In this document: piece after piece, positions 54,431 to 64,000 of the stretch
How the letters are laid out: every line of letters begins with the position of its first letter
How positions within the stretch are numbered: the stretch's first letter is position 1
NCBI RefSeq assembly: GCF_009914755.1
Contig: NC_060934.1
Reading direction: 5' to 3' (one strand)
Source of the DNA: the human T2T-CHM13v2.0 reference genome, Homo sapiens
DNA length: 64,000 nucleotides
The notes under the pieces: generated by a model
What the model was told of the DNA's origin: nothing
What the model saw: the letters and a program-made list of their open reading frames with translations, nothing else
Database searches by the model: none
Made by a program: the position numbers and the translations under genes

Positions 54431-56169
54431 TTGTGCATTTTAATGGACCGTTAATTCTGTGCTTTTTGCTCTGATTAAAGCACTAGTTTTTTTCCCAAAA
54501 GAAGAGTGTTTGATACGTAAAAAGCAAGAGCTAGAAAGAAAAGAAAAAGGAGGAGAAAGGTTAGGGATATCACATATCCTAAGCTAGCCCCTTAGGTACT
54601 GGAATAATGTGATATTCCTGTCCTTTCTGAAGTATAAATTGTCCATGGAAGTTGTCTAAATCAATTTCCCATGTAATTATAATATGAAGTAAAGTGAGTT
54701 TTGTAAACTCTGCTACCCTAGGTCCTCAAAGTAATTGAACAAATATATTGACAGCAGTCATGTTGTTGAAGAGATTCATAATTTTAGTTTTCTGACTTTA
54801 AAAAGAGCTACTTAGGTACTGGAATATATGTGATATTAAATAATGTGTTTATCCAAATAAGGTATTAAGATTTTAGATATATTCTTTGTTTTTCCTTTAA
54901 AAAGTAGCAATACCAAGAAAAAAAAACTCAAGTCTTAATTTAAGTCCTGACTACTAAAACAAGCTATAATCTTTAATGTATGAGAAGACTTTATATAGTC
55001 ATTATTTTTGTGGAGCTTTTTAGAGTTTTTCTTGTAGCAGTGGTAGATTTGCAGTAGTAAACTATTAAATACATTCTCTGTTGGTAATTGAGGGGAACTC
55101 CTACCATGATACCTAGCAGATCCGGGGTGTAGTGTATTCACACGTTTGACAGGGCACCCAGTAGACTTGTCCAAAGTCAGTGTTAGGAAAAGAAAATCCC
55201 CACCATCTGTAAGAAATAGACCTTGAGGTTTACATTGTCATTTTTTTATTACTTCTCTCGTTTACATGCTCTTTTGTCTGGCACACTGGGAATCTCTGGT
55301 GGGTTTTAGAACTGTAAAACTGAATATGCCAGCTGATGAGCCTCTACAGCACAGCACGCAGGTTATGAGAGTGCTGAGTGCCTCGTCCCCCCGTCCCCAG
55401 AGGGGCTGGGCAGAAGCTGCTGGCGCCTCCTGGCTGGTCAGCCCTGGCCTTGAGCAGCTCCATCCACTCACCCCAGTGGGCTGTACACATGTCATCATGT
55501 TCTGTTTGTGTAATGACAGGGAAAAGGTTGGAAGTGACTGCTGAAATGACACTAAGACTTCTCAAAGTGTTGGGAACCACTAAGATGCTGTCATCGTAAC
55601 ATTTCTCTGGCATATGCTAATGCTACTTAGGACTTCTGATAGAAGCAGTGATTCCTTTACAAGTTGATAGGGAAGCAGATGCTGTAGGGTTAACTTGTCT
55701 AGATTATTAGCTGAAAATTTGAAATTGTGAAAATGTATGGGGTTGAAGCTGGAGAGGATGTGGAAGGAACCATCTTTGTGCCATTTGCAAACTCAATGAT
55801 CAGAGCAAGAAGCTTTATTAAATTCACATCTCAGGTTTTAGTCTTTGAAGTGGGAATAATACTAAATTGCCAAACTCTGGGGTTCCTGTGAAGACAAAGG
55901 AGATAATGGGTAAAAGTAGGGGGAAAAAGACATGCTACTATTGGCATGAAACAGAGAAATTAAGTTAGGTGTACCATTGTCTCATTCATGTTCATTGAAC
56001 TTTCCCTCCAGCCAGCCCCAATGGCTTCATTCCCTGTGTCCTTGGTACCTGCTCACAGCAGGGGGCTGGCCTTAAACCTCACTCTGTGTGTCTGTGGGGG
56101 GGATGAGAGGAGCAGAGTCAGGAATTTTGGTTGAGAACTAGAAAACTGCATCTGTAGAAATTAGATCTT

Positions 56170-56473
<304 letters not shown>

Positions 56474-58332
56474 ACACATCTGTCTATTTGCCACATAAGA
56501 GGTCATGGACTATTTCTTACTTTGGTTTCTTAATTTGAGTCTATACAGTATGATCCTAGAAATTATTCTGATGAGAAGTTATAGTTCTGTATGTACAGTC
56601 TGCAGGTAAAAATTGCCATTTGTTCACACAATGTGAATTTCTTTTGTTAAAAATGCATTTTGGGGACATTTAGTGAAATATATGTAGATAATTCTTTGAG
56701 AAGTGAATACTAACAACATTCAAACTTTTTAGAAGACGTTTACTTTAATTGGAGGGTAAACATACTTACACACACAACATCCATTTTTATTGATCTTATT
56801 TTTTATAGAACTAACTTAGCAGATATTAATGCTTTAATGTTGTAGCAGAATGTCTAGAAATGGAAACAATTGCCAGTTTCCTTTGGTTTTTGAATAGAGG
56901 AACGTATTTTATTAGAATTTCTGGAGATTTTCCTATTTTTTTCCTTCCCTTTGAGCTGTAAATTTTTTTTAATGCTCTTTCATAACCTTTTATTATAAAA
57001 AAAAATTTTAGGTTTAATTGTTCAGCTTTTATCCATGGATGGCTTTCTCCCAAACTTTGCTTTTATTTCTTTTTTTCCAATATTTTATTAGTTATTTTTA
57101 ATTTGGAATAATGAGTTAGCTGGTGTTTAAAAGAACTAAATGTGTATCAAAGTTGAAGAAATAAAGTATATTCAAGTTTTCCCATATACAAGCAGTTACA
57201 TTTTTAATAGTTGAAAGATATTTGGCAGAAGTTGGCCTTATTATATTGACTTACTATTATCACAAAAACTAAAAAGTGAAAGTTGGAATAGGCTGCTCCC
57301 TGGGGAGTAGGAAAAAGCATAAAATAGACAGGGATCCATTATTACAACACCAAGTAAGTGAGCTGTACCTGCAGAATCCTCACTGGAAGTACAGATCTTA
57401 GTGATAGGTGTGTTGCATAACAGTTGAGCTGGTCGAAGAAAGTCTTTTATTTCAGAAGCATATACCCGAGAGATGGCGGGAGAGAGACAGCCTTAGAATT
57501 AACAAAGAATGTTACTTGCTGCATGAGACAGTTAAGATAGGCAGTAAATGAGTGAATTTGTAAAAGCAACCGAGGAAATTAAAATGTTTGAAGCTTCCTA
57601 ATTCATTAAATTTCCTCTTGAAACAAAGGTTACTTAAATCCTCCATCCTACTATACCCAACCTCTTCCTGTACCAATTAAAGACTATCACCCAAGACTTC
57701 AGTTTTTTTCCCACAAATGGCCCTTGTCTCTGCTTGTGCCTATTGTATTTTACGAGGAATCTTATTAGAGTATTAACTCATCTTTCTGGAATTCTTATAC
57801 ATGAAAGGTAAGTGGGTCAATCTAAACTGCACCATTATGAAAAGAAAAATATGAACTTTGTGGACTCCTTATAAGAATTCAGAATTCTCAGGAGGCTCAC
57901 GAATAAGCACCAATTCAACTTCTTCATAAAGGGAATTAGAACATAATAGGCTTACACATTCGAAAGTTAATCCAGTTGCAGTTCTTAATAGTGACGTTGT
58001 TTACATTTCTCTAAGGCAACTGTTTCAAAATTTTTTAAGGCACTACTTAATGTAACTCTGGCTTTTAAACTTTGATGTTGCTATTGTTGTTATAGCATGA
58101 TTTAGTCTTCCTTCTGCTATAATGCACCTCTTGGCTTTTAAGGTACAAGTACTCATAGGTGCTCTCTTATGGTCACTCTGAATTTAAACCTGAGAATTCA
58201 TTGGAACAAAGGTCTGTTTGCTGCTGTTTTTAAAGTTAATGCAGTGAGATTTCATTTATGAATCTTTGGATTGCAATTTGGAACAAGAGTGGTTTTAAAT
58301 ATAAACATTTACATGTGTATGTATTTTAATTA

Positions 58333-58840
<508 letters not shown>

Positions 58841-59613
58841 GCTAAAATAGAAGATATGTCTAAATTCATTCAGTTAATTTCATCTTATTTTTTCTATCTT
58901 GATTTATGTTTATTGAAAGCACATGTTATGCTATCCTTGACTATTTTGAAACCTAAACAGTTTTCTCCTCAAATCTCTGAATACAGACAGGCCCACGTAA
59001 AACCTATTTCCAGGATCCTGAGGCACTGGGAAATTTTGTTTATTGTCAGATGAGAGAGAACATTTTCAATGGGAAGGTCCTCTGTCATTTGATAACAACA
59101 AAATCAAGAGCACCTTTGGCATAAAAATGAAAATGAGGCTGACGTGCCTGACTTAATCAGTAGAAATGTTTTCTCACTAGAGCCAGTGTGTGAGGGGTGT
59201 GTGTGTGTGTTTGTTTAGCTTTTGTTTTCCATATCTAATTATATAATGACTTCCCCAGAAAATAAAATGAGAAACAGATTCTTGATGTGTCAGCTGTTCA
59301 TATTGTGAAAACAAAGTTTTTTGATCAGAACTGTGGGGAAACATTACTGAAAAGAAAAAAGGAAACGAGTAAAGCAAAAAGAAAGAGAAAAAAGGAAGTA
59401 AAGGTCTTTGTTATCTACCTATTTAGGGGTTCTTACCCTGAGGCAGCTACTCTCACCTCAGATTGACTTGATCGTTATTTAAAAGCTTGATAATTTGGTG
59501 TTGAAAAACTAGGTTCTATGATTGGAATTTGAAACCATACCTCATTTAACTCTCCTAGATTCACAGGGGGCTTAAGTTTTTTATAATATCATCTGTCATG
59601 AGGAAATGATAGC

Positions 59614-59650
59614 CATTCATTCATTCATTCATTCATTCATTCATTCATTC
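59614..59650. repeat. (CATT)9 microsatellite
   Basis: Direct reading. Confidence 0.92.
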
Positions 59651-59688
59651 TATTTTTTGAGTGGCTGCTCTGTTCTAGGCTTTGTACT

Positions 59689-60078
<390 letters not shown>

Positions 60079-61184
60079 TGAAAAATACACATTCAAATAT
60101 ATGAAAACATACACAATTTACTCATGTCTAGCCACAAGGGGCCAAGAAAGCAGTGTCTTTTGACATTTTCATACTTGTAAGAAGTTAGTTAGATCTCTCT
60201 CAAACCCTTTTACTATGAGGGCTGAATCCTGAGACCCATGAAATCTTTGGAAAGCCATGGTTTAAAAATACCCTGTTTTTAAAGTGTGTACAGAAAATAA
60301 CTGCTCTAGGTGAGCCAGATAAAGTGCTGTTACATCAGGGTGTCTCAACCTCAGTTCTATTGACATTCTGTAACTGACTCTTCAGTTTCTGCCACACTGG
60401 CCTGTCAGTGAAATAAAACACAGAGAACGCAGCATGTGGAAGTCTTTTTAAAAATGTTAATCTATCTTCCTGTGTAGACACTGGCACCTTAGGTGAAAGA
60501 AGTGAAAATTTGTTGTTGTTACTCTTTCCATAATTCTCATAGGTTTGTCCTATCAGGTTATCGCCTAAGTGCTTTTTTGCCTAGATGCCTTTAAAAACGT
60601 TTGGAAATGACTTGAAAATATTCAGAGTGTATTTTAAACACTACTGTTACGCTACTGTAAGGTATTTACATTGATGTATAGATGTCATGTTATTCTGGTG
60701 ATGTGTTTTTAAAATCTTCATTGTAAAGCCTAGTTAGCTAGTTTATATGTGATTTTTTAAAAAGCATAGCCTCTGGTACCATTTAATATCTACTGTTTGA
60801 AGCATGCAGTTGGAATCTTTATGTTAAAATATACAGACCTTTCAGATATTTTAAATAATACTTGTCTATTAGAGTGAAATTTTGAAACAAAACGTTTGAT
60901 CAGTTATTCTTTGGAAGCTTCAAGTCAATTAATATGTTAACTTTTAAACATGACTGGCAGATCTCAGTATTTAAAGGAAATCTACTTCCTATTTGTTGCC
61001 ATTAGCTGTAGTTACTTGAGATACTTGGTAGAGGTAAATATTGTAGCACAAATCCTTTTAGTAACAGTTACTTTTTAAGGACCTTTGCAACTTGACAATT
61101 TATATTTCAGGATTCTCCTGACATAGACAAAATGGCAAAGGTTACAGTTTTCTAGACTTTAGCTTTATAACCAAAATATGTTTT

Positions 61185-61848
61185 TATATATATTTATATA
61201 TAAATATATAATATATGTAAATTATATAGTTATATATAACATATGACATATATAGTTATAATAAATATATATTAAAAATTTTGGTCATATATACAACATA
61301 TATAACTATATATAATTATATATAGTTATAATTATATATAGTTATATATAATATATAACAAATTATATATAACATAATTATGTTATATATAATTGTACAT
61401 AACATATATACATATATAGGTATATATACGTATATATGTTATATATAATTATATATTATATATAAAATATAAATAATTATAAAAATATAATAATTATTAA
61501 AATATATGTTATATATAAATACAATATAAATTATATATATAAATATATAATTTATATATTATATGTGATATATATTATATATTATATATAATATAATATA
61601 TAATATATATCACATATAATATATATTATATATAATTAATATATATAATTAATATAATAATATATATAATATATAATATATATGATATATATTATATAAA
61701 TATATAAATATATTAATATATTAATATATAATATATATAATATATATTATATATTAATATTAATATATAAATATATTAATATATAATATATATTATATAT
61801 TTATATATATAAAATATATAATTATATATAACATATATAATTATATGT
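61185..61848. repeat. ~660-bp degenerate (TA)n / AT-rich tract
   Basis: Almost exclusively A/T, with alternating TA runs. Confidence 0.95.
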
Positions 61849-61855
61849 ATGTTGG

Positions 61856-62389
<534 letters not shown>

Positions 62390-62783
62390 TAAATGGGAAT
62401 TTTAAATGGTAGAAGAATGGTGTTTATAAGGAAAAACATCTGAGAGAATGGAGAAAACCAGGAAGCTGGACTCTCCCTGTCTCCTTCTCCACTCTTCCTC
62501 TTGAGTGATGTAGTCAGCTGGATGCTAAGGAGGAGGAACACTCCATGGGCTCTATGAATCTCAAACATTTCTGAATATAAAATATTTCCAAGTGTTTATA
62601 AGCTTTTCCTAGAGTATCGTCCCATGACGAAGCTGATCTTCCTTCTCAATTCAGCATAGAAAATAAGGGTAACCTGAGAAAGAAGCAATGGTAATAAATA
62701 GACCCAGAGTATATTCTTCCAATAGGGGATTATTAAAAATAAATCTTGAAATTCTCTAATATTTCTTTTCTTTTTCTGTTAAG

Positions 62784-62972
62784 TTGCTATAGCCCAAGGT
62801 GGAACAATCCAGATTTCTAACCCAGGATCTGATGGTGTTCAGGGACTGCAGGCATTAACAATGACAAATTCAGGAGCTCCTCCACCAGGTGCTACAATTG
62901 TACAGTACGCAGCACAATCAGCTGATGGCACACAGCAGTTCTTTGTCCCAGGCAGCCAGGTTGTTGTTCAAG
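62784..62972 (+). CDS. CREM: CREM exon G (Q2 domain), (I)AIAQGGTIQISNPGSDGVQGLQALTMTNSGAPPPGATIVQYAAQSADGTQQFFVPGSQVVVQ
   Basis: Long polypyrimidine tract plus aag| at 62783, AAG|GTATAT at 62972; 189 nt, phase 1-1; DGVQGLQ.LTMTN Q2 motif. Confidence 0.96.
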
Positions 62973-63243
62973 GTATATTTTATTAATCTAATACATTTAG
63001 AATACCTATGGATTACTATATCACACCATTGAGTGGTGATTTTATAGTTTTTTGAAATAGATCGAAGGTAGATGGTGGGGGGTTGGGAGGCACTTAAAAA
63101 GGCTTACAGAAGAAATATTTTAATACATTAAACAGCAAATTAAGTTTTATCATTTTTCGCCTTTTAGCAGGTTTTACTGGCTCTGGAGAAAGGCCAAATT
63201 CAGAGTAGCATGATAGAAAAAGAGAGATAGAAACATGAATGAA

Positions 63244-63557
63244 TTTTTTTTTTTTTTTTTTGAGATGGAGTCTCGCTCTGGCGCCCAGGCTGGAGTACAA
63301 TGGCGTGATCTCGGCTCACTGCAACCTGTCTCCTGGGTTCAAGTGATTCTTCTGCCTCAGCTTCCCGGGGAGCTGGGATTACAGGCATGAGCCACCACGC
63401 CTGGCTAATTTTTGTATTTTTAGTAGAGACGGGGTTTCACCATGTTGGGCAGGCTGGTCTCAAACTCCTGACCTCAGATGGAGTCGTCCTGACCTCAGGT
63501 GGAGGCCTCAGCCTCCTAAAGTGCTGGGATTACAGACGTGAGCCACCGCACCCGGCC
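63244..63557 (-). mobile_element. Alu (S-type) with internal 21-bp-period duplication
   Basis: TSD CATGAATGAATTTTT; TCCTGACCTCAG(A/G)TGGAG repeated at 63466 and 63487. Confidence 0.88.
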
Positions 63558-64000
63558 GCATGAATGAATTTTTAAATTAATTAGATATCCTTCATTTGGG
63601 GGTTGCAAATGTTGTACCTAATAGATTTCTATTACCTAATCTATGACAATTTAAGTATTCAGGCTATGATGCCCCAAATTTGTTTTTTTCCCTAGCTGTT
63701 ACTTTCAAGTCTAATTTCTAGGCAACTCATTTCAAAACAAATGCTGACTTTGGGTTTTTTGTTTTTTTTTGTTTGTTTGTTTTTTTGACTGACTGTTCTT
63801 AGTTGTTTGAATTCTGAAGTATCCATTCTAGCTCTTATGGAAGCTGTCAGTAATGAAATAAAAGTTGAGATGTAGCCCTAAGCTTTTAGGGTTACCTGAG
63901 ATTTCAACTGGATTTGCGTTATACATTATTTTAATTCAGTTGTGCCTATGATAACTGTAATAGATGTATTTAATACAGCTTTCAAAACTCCTGTGTTTTA

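Larger units (their letters stand above)
52642..54798. repeat. Dispersed ~147-bp direct repeat (52642-52789 and 54652-54798)
   Basis: Long identical blocks separated by a few indels and substitutions. Confidence 0.93.

Noticed and set aside
62973-64000. ICER (P2) promoter or bZIP exons
   Set aside because: No clustered CRE-like elements, MAVTGD start or basic-zipper coding sequence is visible; they must lie beyond the window.

Overview
Primate (almost certainly human) genomic DNA covering the 5' two-thirds of CREM (cAMP-responsive element modulator) on the + strand. It contains the CpG-island promoter with non-coding first exon (donor 1761/1762), the MSKCARKK cassette exon (12348-12445), exon B (22936-23059), two alternative internal first exons (theta1-type, coding 42307-42384; theta2-type, ending ATG|GT at 50285), Q1 exon C (50433-50579), the two KID exons (53469-53566, 53714-53856) with an intronic read-through/poly(A) ending, and Q2 exon G (62784-62972). 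The ICER promoter and bZIP exons are not in the window. Introns carry about 40 Alus, two L1 bodies, Tigger/MER/Charlie DNA transposons, an MST LTR, a U7 snRNA pseudogene and an ATP6V1G1 processed pseudogene. The most unusual features are: several ultra-short retro-insertions with clean target-site duplications (one is a 29-nt RNA fragment of unknown origin); two dispersed direct duplications, each offset by about 2.0 kb, one bracketing the KID exons with a templated-insertion junction; a near-zero-spacer Alu palindrome; and inverted young Alus enclosing exon C. I see no evidence of a new protein-coding system. Nearly all ORF-track entries are Alu/L1 or chance ORFs. Gene, exon and repeat-family names come from my recognition of the sequence, not from a database search.
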